Below are positions 39,354-52,290 of a DNA stretch of 64,000 nt, piece by piece; the first letter of the stretch is position 1; every line of letters starts with the position of its first letter. The notes beneath the pieces were generated by a model that saw nothing but the letters and a program-made list of their open reading frames with translations, was not told where the DNA came from and did no database searches. The position numbers were made by a program, and so were the translations under genes. This stretch comes from Mobula hypostoma (taxonomy: Eukaryota). The stretch is taken from assembly GCF_963921235.1 (NCBI RefSeq), contig NC_086097.1, positions 24,554,001 through 24,618,000 of the forward strand, in the 5' to 3' direction.

Positions 39354-41259
39354 CTTTACAGGATGGGTGACCCCAGCCATTATAAGTACTCTTCAGAGAT
39401 TTTCTGCCTGGTGTCAGTGGTCGCATAACCAGGACTTGTGATATGCACCGGCTGCTTCCTTGGCTTCATGTGGCCCTGATCACGGGAGGGGCTAAGCAGG
39501 TGCTACACCTTGCCCAAGGGTGACCTGACCTGCAGCTAGCTGAAGGAAGCAGTGCCTCACACCTCCTTTGGTAGAGACGTATCTCCACCCCACTGGGTAG
39601 TGATAGGTGGGCCAAAGAAGAGTGAAGGACGGTGAGCAGATTAAAGGAGGAAATGTCGGCAATATTCAACAGGTTGGGCAGTGCCGGAAGGGTGGGAATC
39701 AGAGTTCATGTTTCAGGGCAAGGTTGCAGGGATGGGGTGAACTTTTGTAGTAGGTTAGGGAGAGGTGAGGTTGGAGGGTACAGTCATAGAGCTAAGTTCT
39801 ATCAGGAGTGCAGGGGAGCACAGGGGAAGCCATTCGGGCCCTCAAAGTTATTCTGGCAGGTGCGGCAGATGAAGATAAGGGAACTGGGTATTTTTGTCCT
39901 ACAGAAGTGAGTACCTGAAGGTTACTCAACTACAGAAAACTGTCACACTGCCATCAATAATAGGAGCAAACTAGAAGATGCAAAGCGCTACTTAATAGCT
40001 GTGATTGAAGAGAATAATAAGGTACAGCCTGTCTCCACAAGAGCTGAACAAAGCTCCTGTCGCTCAATGGATTTAAAGTGAGGAGAAGAGAATAAAAGAT
40101 CCAGAATGGGCCTCCAGAATGTAATAAAGTACATACACTAAAAACGAAACACAGAGGCACTGTTAGAAGGAGAGTGCAGAAAACCATTTGTGGTGGGTGT
40201 TTAAGCTGTCCCGTTCTTCATGTCAGGCACCAGCACAGCCAGCCTTTAGAAACAAGCCACAGAGCTCTCTTCAGCTGGTTGGTTGCTATGGCTCCAAAAG
40301 ACCATAAGACGTAGGAGAAGAATTAGACCATTCGGCCTATCTAGGTTGGGTGAGACTAGAACTACAGGTTTGGGATGGAATATGAAATATTTAACGGGAA
40401 CCTGAGGGAGATTTTCTACACTTTGAGGGTGTTGGGAGTGTGGAGTGAGTTGCCAGTGGAAGTTGTAGATGGAGGTTCAATCGTAACAACGAAGAGAAGT
40501 TTGGATAGGAACATGGATGACAGGGGGTGTAGAGGGCCATGATCCAGGCCAGTACAGACTGGATGGACCAAAGGGCCTGTTTCTGCACTGCAGTACTCCT
40601 ATGATGCAGGAGTTGCCCTTTTGTCCCACAATGTTTGTGCTGAGCATGGTGACAAATTAAACTAAACCCCTTCTGCCTGTACAAGATCCATATCCTTCCA
40701 GCTTCTTCCTTTTTCATGTGTCTGTCTGAGAGCCTTTTAAGCACCATTATCGTATCTGCTTCCACCGCCCCTGGCAGCCCATTCCAGGCCCCCAATTCTG
40801 AACAAATCTTGCCTGCTCATCTTATTTAAACGTTTCCCCTCTTATCTTAAATGCATGCCCACCTGTACTTGACATTGTTACCCTGAGGTGACAAAGGTTC
40901 TGATTTTTTTTACCATCTCACATCTCACATAATCTTGTAAAGCCCTATCCGATCTCCCCTCAGCCTCTGCCGCTCCAGAGAAAAGAACCCAGGTTTATTC
41001 AACCTCTCCTTATAGCTTATACCCCCTAATCCAGGCAACATCCTGGTGAACAACTTCTGCACCTTTTTCAAAGCTTCTTCATCCTTCCTGTAATAGGTGG
41101 CTAGAACTGAGAAGGTGTGGTATCCAGCTCTGACAGGCTGCTCAGTCATGAGGGGGACAGGAAACCCCTGATGTGGCAGAGTGATTGGTCTGCATGTGTG
41201 AGCACTGCGTGTTGGGAGCCGCTCCCACAGTGATCATTAACCACATCACCTCTTTAAGG

Positions 41260-41339
41260 CAAGGGTTCCCTACCATTTTTATGTCATGGACCAATGCCAT
41301 TAAGCAAGGGGTCCATGGGCCACAGGTTGGGAACCCCTG
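41260..41339. mobile_element. 80-bp hAT-type mini-MITE
   Basis: TIRs caagggttccc / gggaacccctg. 8-bp TSD ctttaagg/ctctaagg. Confidence 0.8.
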
Positions 41340-41809
41340 CTCTAAGGTGTCTGAAAAGTGGAGGAAGTTAATTGCCAGCCCCTGGGGATTGGCACAGGAA
41401 CCATAGACAAAAAAGATATGCGGGTGCTGGAAACCGTGAGCAGCACACACAAAAGCTAGAGAAACTCAGCAAATCAGACAACATCTATGGAGAGAAATAA
41501 ACAATCAAGGAACCCTTAATCAGGACTATCAGGCAGAGTTGACCTTTTAACCTACTCCACGATCAATCTGACCCATTCCTCCTGCACAGCCCATAACCCT
41601 CCATTTTTCTTTCATTCGGAGTTTCGTAAATGTCTCAATTCTATCAGCCTCTACCACCACCCACACGCCTACCACTCTCTGTGTTAAAAACCCTACCTCA
41701 GACATCTCCACTAAACTTTCCTCCACTCAACTCTGTTATTAGCCATTCCTACCCGAGAAGAAAATGTGCTGGCTGTTACTGTATCTCTACCTTATATTAC
41801 TTTATCTAC

Positions 41810-42870
41810 TAATCAACACGCTCCAAAACCTGGACCTCTGTAACTCCCTCTGCAACCGGATCCTTGACTTCCTCACTAGGAGACCACAAGTCTGTGCGGA
41901 TCAGAAATATCACCTCCTCCTCACTGACAATCAACAATGGTGCACTTCAAGGATGTGTGCTCAGCCTAACGCTCTCGTCTCTCTACACCCATGACTGGGA
42001 GGCTAGGCACAGTTCAAATGCCACCTATAAATTTTCCGATGACACAATTTCAGATGGTGACAAAGAGGCGTATAAGGGTGAGATAGATCAGCTGGTCAAG
42101 TGGTGTCATAACAACAACCTTGCACTCAACATCAGTAAGACCAAGGAAGTGATTATATATTTCAGGAAGGGGAAGCTGAGGGAACACACCAGTCCTCATC
42201 GAGAGATCAGTAGTAGAAAGGGTGAGCAGTTTCAAGTTCCTGGGTATCAACATCTCTGAAGATTTATCCTGGACCCAACATATTGATGCAATTACAAAGA
42301 AGGCATGACAGTGGCTGTATTTCATTAGGAGTCTGCGGAGATTTAGTATGTCACCAGGGACTCTAGCAAGTTTCTATAGATGTACCATAGAGAGCATTCT
42401 AACTGGTTATATCACCATCCGGCATGGAGGGGCCACTGCACGGGGTCAGTAAAAGCTGCAGAAAGTTGCAACCTCAACTAGCCCATCATGGGCACCAGCC
42501 TCCCCAGCATCGAGGTCACCTTCACAAGTCGATACCTCAAAAAGGTGACATCCATCATTGAGCACTCCCATTACCCAGGATGTGCCCCCTCCTCATTGCT
42601 ACAATCAAGGAGGAAATACAAGAACATAACGACACACACTCAACATTTTAGGAACAGCTTCTTCCCCACTGCCATCAGACTTCTGAATGGTCCATGAATT
42701 CATGTACACTACCTCACTTTTTTTCTGTTTTGCTCACTTTTTGCACGTTATTTAACTTTTAACCTCTTTATTTCTTATTGTAGTTTATATACAATATTTT
42801 ATTACATACTACACTGTACTGCTGTCCCAGAACAGCAAATTTCAAGCTAGTGATATTAAACCTGATTCTG
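41810..42870 (+). mobile_element. Rex1/Babar-type LINE 3' fragment (decayed RT)
   Basis: LCNRILDFLT, GALQGCVLSL.L.SLYTHD, KFSDDT, WCHNNNLALNISKTKE and RNSFFPTAIRLLN motifs, with a (tgattc) tail. Related minus-strand fragments at ~11560-11810, 14600-14955, 18040-18430, 26530-26850, 49730-50070 and 60520-61020. Confidence 0.85.
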
Positions 42871-43155
42871 ATCCTTTATGTAATCGTCTCTCACCTCCTT
42901 TGCTCCAAAGAAAATTCAGTCAGCCTTTGCTGAGAAGACATGCTCTCTAATCCAGATAGCATCCTGGTAAACCTTTTCTGCGCTTTCTCTAAAGCTTCCA
43001 CATCCATCCTACAATGATAGGAAAGCAGTGCTGGCTGTCACCCATAACACACTCTATCTACTGAATGCCTCTTATAATCAGATCCATCTCCATTGAGTCA
43101 ACACTCACAACACCTGCAGAAACTCAGCAGGTCGGGCAGCATCCGTGGAAATGAA

Positions 43156-43193
43156 CAGTCAATGTTTCGGGCTGGAAACCTTCATCAGGACTG
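43156..43193 (-). ncRNA. Minimal type I hammerhead ribozyme motif in a Penelope-derived repeat
   Basis: Minus strand: CAGUC-CUGAUGA-AGG uuuccag CCC-GAAA-CAUU-GACUG. Core boxes intact, stem II weakened. Confidence 0.6.
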
Positions 43194-43445
43194 AAGAGGG
43201 AAGGGGCAGAGGCCCTATAAAGAAGGTGGGGGGAGTCACCTATCATCCTCCTTCACTCCAAAAACATAACCCCTAGTTTGCTTAACCTTTCAACAGGGAG
43301 AATCTCTGCCTGTTGACCATGAGCACCAACATTGACAGACTCTTTGCCAAGTTTGCAGGGAGAACCTGTATAATTCGAGCCCATACAACATTGTTATTGT
43401 GCCTTCATGGAAAGTTTCAGACATTAGCAGCATTGGAAGTTCATC

Positions 43446-43538
43446 CAAAAGAACTAAGAGAATGCTTGGGCAATGACAAAAGAACTAAGAGAATACCTGG
43501 GCAATGACAAAAGAACGAAGAGAATACTTGTGCAATGA
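43446..43538. repeat. Minisatellite, 3 x 31 bp
   Basis: Unit caaaagaactaagagaatRcYtgggcaatga at 43446, 43477 and 43508, no spacers. Confidence 0.95.
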
Positions 43539-46500
43539 CTGTTAGACTTCAGAACATACAATGACAAAAGGCAGTGATCAAGTCAGGTCACGTTCATGGA
43601 CAGGATACGGATAGTCATCTGGATTTTAAAACGATTTTCACCCCTGATTTTTCCCACTCTTTCCTAAAACATGATAGAGTGACTATCTCTTCTCCTTCTC
43701 CCCTGCGATAGGGGGAACTGACCGAATTCACTTACTTATTTAGAGGTACAGTGCAGAACAGGCCCCTCCAGCCTGACCAAGCCAAGGTCCTCAAGGGACA
43801 ATCCTTGACTTCTTGATTGACTCCAATGAGTTCCAGCTAATTGAGCTCAAATTGTATCGGTGTTTCTATTGTTAATTCTGAATGAATGGTGTGACCTATC
43901 AGGGACCATGTTACGACTTCTGTTGTGGAAGGAGGTGAGTCTTTAGTCCAGAGAAGGATCAGCTTTGTAGGAAGGCAGATTTTATACATCCTGTGGTGGA
44001 AGAAGGGTGAGGGTGTGGGGGTTGGCACAGTAGCACATCGGTTAGCACAACATTTTACAGTACCAGTGGTGGGGTTCAACTCCAAACTGTGCCTGTAAAG
44101 AGTTTGTACGTTCTCCCCATGACCACTTGGGTTTTCTCCAGGTGCGCCGGCTTCCTCCCATAGTCCAAAAGCATACCGGTTGGTAGGTTAGTTGTTCATT
44201 GTAAATTGTCCCGTGATTAGGCTAAGATTAAATTGGGGGATTGCGAGGCAGTGTGCCAGGAGGTAGGGGTGGGGTTGCATCATGCTGTATCTTTATTTCT
44301 GGGTGGGGTTGCACCGTGCTGTATCCCAATAAATAAATAAATGCCCTCCTTTCTTTCACTGAAGGAAGTGGGTGCTTCCTAAGAGGGTAATTGATAATTG
44401 ATTCATTGTTGTCACATGTACCAAGATACAATGAATAACTTTAAACACAAGAGCCTCTACAGAATCACACACACAAAATGCTGGAGGTACTCAGTAGGTC
44501 AGGCAGCATCTGTGGAGGGGGATAAACGGTCAATGTTTCGGGCAGAGACCCTTCATCGGGACTGGAAAGGAAGGGGGAAGAAGCCAGAGTATGAAAGTGG
44601 GGGTGAACTTGTATGGATGGTACAAAAACTTTGTTTCATATTGATCATTTCAAACACATGACCATTGTGCTTTGTACAAAGGGGAATGAAATGAAAGAGT
44701 GCAGAAGGTAATGTTACGGACAAAGTGAAGTACAGGTAGACAATAAGGTGCCATGATGAGGTATAGTGACAGGTCAAGAGTTAATTTTTATTGTAAAAGT
44801 TGTCCATTCGAGAGCCTTCTAACAGTGGGATAGAAGCTGCTTTGAGCCCAGTGGTGCATGTTTTTAAGCTTTTGCCTGATGGGGGTTGTGGGGAGGAGGT
44901 AGAAGAGAAAATGTCGGGGGTAGGAGGGGTCCTCGATTATGTTGGCTGTTTTACCAAAGCTGATCGTGTTTGGGTCCCTGCGATTGCCTGCTCGAGGGTG
45001 GGAGACAGTGTCAACCATGTCAACAATGCCAGTATCTGGATTGCTGTTTACGTTTAACAGGTAAAATTTGTGCAAGGTGTTTAACAGCAGTGGTTCACAT
45101 GGTGTCACCATTGCCACCTCACTGAGTAATTAACAAGAACTTGATGAAGAGAAATTGACCCTGCAACTGAAGTCAAAGTAGAGGAACTTGAAATTTATAC
45201 AATGGTTTAGCTCCTGGACCATCCTGATTCCAGATGTAAATATTTATGTACTAGAAAATGTAATATGGCATGAGATGCATTATGAAGAATATGACCCCCA
45301 CTGAACCCTTTCCTCCATCCAAATGCCCCTGTTGTACAACAGCAAAGCGTATCCTCCTTGTGTTTCTGTGATCCACAGTCAACAGCATTGTACAAAAAAA
45401 CAGTAATCAATACTGAAAAAAGATCACCGGATTTGTGATCAAGAATACAGTAAACCATGGTATAAATGTTTCTTTTGTTTTATTTCCAGGAAGAAAATGT
45501 CTTGGCTTTTTAAAGCTTTTCCATCTGTAATGCTAATTTGGCTTCATGAGACTCTCATTAGCTTGCAGACTGAGAGTGTTCATCAGAAAAATGACCGTGA
45601 TATCTGTCTTCTGCATCTGATCTGTTTTTTTAAATAAAAGTCTAAGTTATAATGTAAATGAAATCGAATGACTGTGCATGTTCAGTCCATTAAAAATGAC
45701 TAAACATTAAAATAAATTACTCATTCCATACCCTGGGTAAGGCCTTACCTGTCCAGGACAATGGATTATAAAATGTTAATGTCCATATCTCGTGGTCTCA
45801 ATTGTGCCTATGAAGAAGTTAAAGTGTTTTCTTTGACTTTGGATAATTGCTGCTTCCAGGAAAGAATTTCTTTCAATTAATTGTCTTTTTAAAATTATTT
45901 AAATGGTATAATACGTTGTATGGCAAAAAAATTGCACTGTTATTTTCCAAGGAAGAACGTGAGTCATGGTCCCACGGGCAAGCAGTCTGATTGTTGAAAA
46001 GTACATCGAAAAATACAGTGAAATGCATCATTTGCATCAAATCAAATCATCACGGATTGTGCTGGGCAGCCTGCAAGATGTCAGTGACATCTGACATCAC
46101 CTGCAGCACGATAGCATAGAGGTTAGCACAACACTTTACAGCACCAGCAATCAATGATCAGGGTTCAATTCCTGAAGCTGGCTGTGAGGGATTTGTACGT
46201 TCTCCCTGTGACTGCGTAGACTTCTTCCGGGTTTCCTCCCACATTCCAAAGGCTTAGGGGTTAGTAAGTTGTGGACAGGTTCTGTTGCCGCCCGGAAGCG
46301 TGGTGACACCTGGCAGGCTTTCCTCAGCACATCCTTGGCCTATGTTGGTCGCTGATGCATGGCAGGAATCTGAAATGAGGGGTCAGAATTTTAATGTTGC
46401 ACATTTGGTGAACTGAGTACCAGGTCAGTAATCACAGGGTAAGGTGAATGGGATCTGGTGAAAGTTAAAACATGGACAGTGGACCTTTGGACGAGCCTCT

Positions 46501-47279
46501 GGTGATAGAAAATATTCAAAATGAACAAGGCGGGCGGGTGAGGGGGATGAAGTAAGAAGCTGGGAGATGATTGGTGGAAGACTCAAAGGGCTGAAGAAGA
46601 AAGAATCTAATAGGAGAGGGCAGTGGACCATGGAAGAAAGAGGAGAGAGGAGGGGAAGCAAAAGGAGATGATGGGCAAATGGGGAGAAGAGGATAACCAG
46701 AATGCAAAATGGAAAAAGATAGAAGAAGGGAGGAAAGAGATATTATTGGAAGTTAGAACAAAGTGAAAAAACGGTACAGGCCTTCAGCCCACAATGTTAT
46801 GCTGACCTTTTAACCTAATCTAAGATTAATCTAATCCTTCCCTCCCACATAGCCCTCTATTTTTCCTTCATCCATGTCTCCATCTAAGAGTCTGTTACAC
46901 GTCTCTAATGTATTTGCCTAATGAACATTAAAATAGCTGGAGGGACTGATCAGCCAAAGCCCAGCCACATACTTAAGGATGAGATCTTGTCCTCTGCAAC
47001 AAACGGATAGGCTGAGTAACCAGGATGTGATCAAAAGTTTCGAAGCTTTCAGTTCTCCTTCCCATTTACAGTAGAATCTGTTCGAGGATCACCACCAGGT
47101 CACAGGGTCTAAGGAAAATGACAGTGTCAATTTAATGCCATTACAAATCGATATTTTGTAAAATATGCAGAACTATTTAAAAGTGTGTTAACTTGATGCA
47201 GTGATATTACGCATTATAAATCTCAAAAAGCCCTTAAAAACCTGATGTTGACTGGCTTTTATTGATTTCACAACAAACA

Positions 47280-48150
47280 AATTGTAATTAAAATGTAAGA
47301 TGTTCACAACTAACCCTTGACCTTCCAGATTCTTTTCTTTTAAGCTTTCTCTTTAAACTTTAAAGGAAACATTGATAATGAACGCCTGGCGATTGCTAAA
47401 ACGAAAGTCCCCAAAAAATTCAGAGGAATAGTATTTGATGAGTGGCTACAAGAGAAAGGTAATCTCCATTAAAAACTTTAACATTAACACTTTCAATTAT
47501 GTTATATATATTTTTAATAAAGAAAAATCTAAAGCTTGCATTAAAGTCTTGATTGTAAAACAAGTAACTTAAAAATAATCTTTGCTATTGAACAAGCGTC
47601 TTGACTTAATGTAATTTATAACTTGCTTCTGGTAACAACATTTTATATTGATAAATATCTTTATAATTCATCATCATTAAACTGTAGTTAAAGGGACTGT
47701 CAGATTTTTGGCTTTTGTTAAATTATTGCATGAAATTCTAAAAAGGTGAATTATAACATGCATTATACATGATAATTCGTTGGGTGCTGGTAAATTTGCA
47801 GAAAATAAGCTTGTTTCTAAAGTGGATTCTTTACATCCAATTGAAGAACTTAATATTTTATAAGAAACTTCAAAATTAATCTAAATGGAGTGCTTTTTTA
47901 ATATCTATCACCTTTTACCCAAGATCCTAATCATTAAAGTCCCTTTAACGCTGATTGTAAAAGTTAATATGACTCAGGCTTAATATTCAAATTGATGCAT
48001 GCACGGTTATTATATTTACTTTCAACTTCTCTGATGCTTGCTAACCTCTTAGTGTTTGCTTTTAAACTTTTGCCTTGAAATTATGATGTGGAATAAAGTA
48101 AAATTTACATTTGAGTTCAATGACTGCCTTAAAAGTCTTCAAAGGAAACA
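47280..48150 (+). promoter_or_regulatory. Repeat-free AT-rich splicing-regulatory region around the SS4 exon
   Basis: Branch-point/QKI-like ACTAAC at 47309-47314. Dense TTAA/TAAA (UWAA) cluster at 47461-47580, just after the donor. RBFOX motif TGCATG at 47727-47732 and 47996-48001. No recognisable TE, although the surrounding intron is saturated with them. Confidence 0.7.
47366..47458 (+). CDS. Neurexin alternatively spliced site 4 (SS4/AS4) cassette exon, 93 nt
   Basis: Flanked by ...ctttaaactttaaag| and |gtaatc. Phase 1-1 exon translating (G)[30 protein letters not shown](G), alignable to neurexin SS4 inserts (NRXN1 [30 protein letters not shown]; NRXN3 [30 protein letters not shown]). Absent from the ORF track because it is short. 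Paralogue not assignable, so no symbol. Confidence 0.93.
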
Positions 48151-51100
48151 GAGAGGCATTTTGTACAAAGACAAAATCCTGTGAGCAGCACTGAGCTTAC
48201 GCTGTGTGTGCTGGCTAAAGATGATATTCTACAACATGGAATGAAATGACTATCACTGGGTGTGTTCCTATCCTGGAAAGGTTTAATTTCAGTCCAAGGC
48301 CCTTTGTAAAGGTTGGCAAGGTTAGGGTTGACAACTCTGTTGGATGTATCCCTGGTAGCTCAGGACCTAGCCTCCTACCTCTACTCACACTCCATCCACC
48401 AAGGAACCCATCTCCTGCTTTCACGCATAACCATGGCCAATTGGAGAGCCAACAGATATTCAGTTACCTAATAGGATTTCTCATAACCATCATTAGCCCG
48501 AACCTTTTTCCCTTCAATCTGTACTGCTTCTACCATTAATACAAAACACATTGAAATAAAGGTGTCACCATCACATCTCAAGGAGTTGCCATTATATTTT
48601 CACCCCTAGCTTTTCTCCAGTTTCACCTTCAATCCCTGGGCAGTAATTCAATTTGCCGTCTCACCTCAAGGACAACTCTTCCCACAACACTGAATGTGAG
48701 CTCAAGCTCCAAGAGTGGGGCTGGTATTCCGGTCTTGAACTGAGACTGAAGGACACTGGATCATAAAGCCAAGGCCCTCTAGGGAAGCAGTGGATGCAGA
48801 ACTTGGGAAGTTCAATATAACGTGACAAACGTTTATATGGTAGTTTTGTCATAATGTAAATTCAAGGCATTGTGATTTAATGTCAGCAGCAATCTTTTCC
48901 AGACAGTTTTATTTTATACTTTAAATCATGCTCACAATAAATGTTTGCTAATTTTAAAGAAAGGTAGTTTTGCTTTTGTCTTTTTTTATATTTGATTTGT
49001 GACCTGAGCTTTAGTTTCCCCCAACTAAGCATATTGTGGTGGGGGGAAAATATGCTGGAAGAAACATAAAAAAAATGTTAAATTGGTGTAAATTAACTTT
49101 CCACAGGTAAAACATATTTAAATGCAAATGTAGTCCCTGGCGTTGACACTGAGAGCAAATGAGCAATCCCTGACTAAGAGCAGGATGTAAAAATGAGCAA
49201 TTTTAATAAGCTGCTGAACAGATCCTCAGAGAATTCAGCTTTATTACAGATAACTGTTTTATAATTAAAGGATGTGACACACCCTTGTATCTAAAATGTG
49301 TGTAAAGGAAATTAAATGTCAAAGTTTCCAAAAGAACTCATTTTTCTACTAATGATTTCACATTTTTCTTATAACACAGAGGCGTGGAGATGTTGGTCCA
49401 TGCCAACTCTAAAAACAATCCCACCAAAGCTATTCCCCCATATTTCCCCATATAAGTTTTCCTCAGGGTACAACAACCAGCTTACGGGCGGCCTGTACAC
49501 ACGGGCAGGTTGGGATGGATGGATGAGGATAGATTTACCATCTGCTGCAGAGCTGCCGGGTGGGGACTGAAGATTACCATGTACTTTATCTCCACACGAC
49601 CCCACCACCCACCCTGCTGAACCACAACAAGAGGGCTGAGCAGCGCAGCCGTCCGGCAGTTTCTCTTTTTGTGTCCGCTCGCTCTGCTGTCACTGCTGCT
49701 TCTGTGATCCTCTCCCACACACTATCCAGAATCATGTTTACTATCACTGACATTTGTCATGCTATTAGTTGTTTTGTGGCAGGAGTACATTAAAAAGTTA
49801 TTATAAGCAATCTACATATAAAAAAAAGTGCAAAAAGTTAACAAAATACTAAAGTAGTCTTCATGGGTTTATGGAGCATTCAGAAATAAAATGGCAGAGG
49901 GGAAGAAGCTGTTCCTAAAATGTTGAGTGTGTGGCTTTAGGTTCCTTTACCTCTTCCCCGATGGTAATATGAGAAGTATATCCTGGTAGTGAAAATTTTT
50001 ACTGATCGATGCTACCTTCTTGAGGCCTTGCCTTTTGAAGGTGTCCTCGAACGCTGATGCCCATGATGGAATACTGTTCATTCTGACTCATGAACAGTTC
50101 AGATTATGGACAGTTCTCAGAAACTGAGGTCCCTGTCGTACCCTGGGAGGCCATTCTCTCCCTACTGATTCTGCTACACTACACTCACCCCTGCACATAT
50201 ACTAGGTGTAATGACAATAACTGCATAACCTAACCTCTAGCACATAAGACCATAAGACTTCTTTGCCCATTCTCTTAATCTATCCATGTCCGTCTGAAGA
50301 CTCGCAGTTTCCTCAACGCTACCTGCCCCTCTGTCTATCTTTGTATTGTCCTCAAGCTTGGCCACAAAGCCTTCAATTCCATCATCCAGGTCCCATGGGA
50401 GCAGAGTTAGTCCATTTTGCCCACCACTAATCATGGCAGATCTATTACTCTCTCTGATCCCCATTCTCTGGGAAGGGACCAGAGCATCCCGAGAAAACCC
50501 ACAGAACGCAGGGAGAACACGAAAACTCCACATATTTGGGCCCATTATCGAAGAAGAGCTGTGCTGGCATTTGAGAGAGTCCATAGGAGATTCACAAGAA
50601 TGATTCCAGGATTGAAAGTGTTAGCGTATGAGGAGCATTTGATGCCTCTGGGCCCGTACTCCTTGGAGTTTAGAAGAATGACGGGAGATCTCCATAAGAC
50701 CATAAGACAAAGGAGCAGAAGTCAGCCATTTGGCCCATCGAGTCTGCTCTGCCATTCTTATTGAAGTCTATCAAATATTGATTGGCCTAGGTAGAGTGGA
50801 TGTGGAAAAGATGTTTCCTATAATGGGGGAGTCCAGGACCAGAGAGAAGAGCCATTTTCAGAATAGAAGAAAATCCATATGGAATAGGGAGAAGGAGAAA
50901 TTTCTTTAACTAGAGGATAATGAATCTGTGGAATTCATTACCACAGGCATCTGTGGCGGCCAAGTCATTGGGCATATTTAAACTGGAGGTTGACAGTTTC
51001 TTGATTAGTTAGGGCATCAAGGGTTAGAGTGAGAAGGCAGGAGAGTAGGGTTGAGAGGAATAATAAATCAGCCGTGATGGGTTGGCGGAGCAGATTCAAT

Positions 51101-52290
51101 GGGCTGAATGGCCTAATTCTGCTCCTAAATTTTATGATCTTATTGGCAGCACCCGAGATCAAGACTGAACCCTGGTTACCTTGAGGCAACAGATCTAGCT
51201 TCTATGCCACAGCACTGCTCTTAATCAACATCCCTATCATCATCAGTGGATCTTTGACAATTCTCTGAAGAATACCATTTCCACAACAGGAATACTTTTG
51301 GGGCCAGCTCATCCAGGAATCTTGGTCATCATAGACCAGTTAGATCAAAGGGCCTATATCTGTACCGTATTACAATGGCTCTCTGACTGGCTTCCTACCC
51401 CTACCTGTACTGTAGTGTGTAGCTACTCCACCCAGTTTGCCACTTTGCTTTACAAAAACAAGTTTGTTACCAGTACTACATTTCTACATCAAATTATTAC
51501 AAACTACAGCAACAAATAAACTTCTGCTGAGTAATAACTATTACCATTCTGATTTGGGATGCACTAGCTTCCCTGTGGCTCCCGATGTTCTTAGAGCCCC
51601 CCACTCAATGACAGTGGACATTAGAGTTATCAAGTACTACAGCACAGAAGTAGGCCCTTCAGCCCATCTGGTCCATGTTGAACAATATTCTACCTCATCC
51701 CATTGACGTGCACCTTGACCTCTCCCTCCGTACCTCCCCTATCCATGTCCCTTTCCGAACCTCTTTTCAATATTGAAATCGAACCTGACTCCACCACTTC
51801 TACTGGCACCTTGTTCCACACGCTCACCTCCTCTGAGTGAAGAAGATCCCCCTTAGTTTCCTCTTAAACACTTCACCTTTCACCCTTAACCCACGACCTC
51901 TTGTTCTCATCTTACCCAACATCAGTGGAAAGAGCCTGCTTACATTTACCCTATCTATACCCCTCATATTTTTATATACCTCTATCAAATCTCACCTCAT
52001 TCTCCACCGCTCCAGAGAATGAAGTCCCAACCTATTCAACCTTTCCCCATAGCTCAGGTCCTCAAGTCCTGACAACATCCTTGTAAATTTTCTCAGCACT
52101 CTTTCAATCTGTCAGGTAAGTAACCAGAACTGCACACAATACTCCAAATACACCCAGCCTTTCTCTTGAAACGTAACCCCGGGAGATGGGCCAAGATGTT
52201 GGCTTGATTCATCAGGGATTCCTGGAGTAGTGTGGGTACACGGATGAGCAAGGGTCCTTTTCCAACTGGATAATGTTCAGCTCCAAGCCA

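Noticed and set aside
43446..43538. 31-bp repeats of CRISPR-like length
   Set aside because: Head-to-tail with no spacers, no cas genes and a eukaryotic context: a plain minisatellite. The same applies to 52291-52404.
48280..48320. Another possible hammerhead remnant on the - strand
   Set aside because: The CUGANGA box is lost, too degenerate to support.
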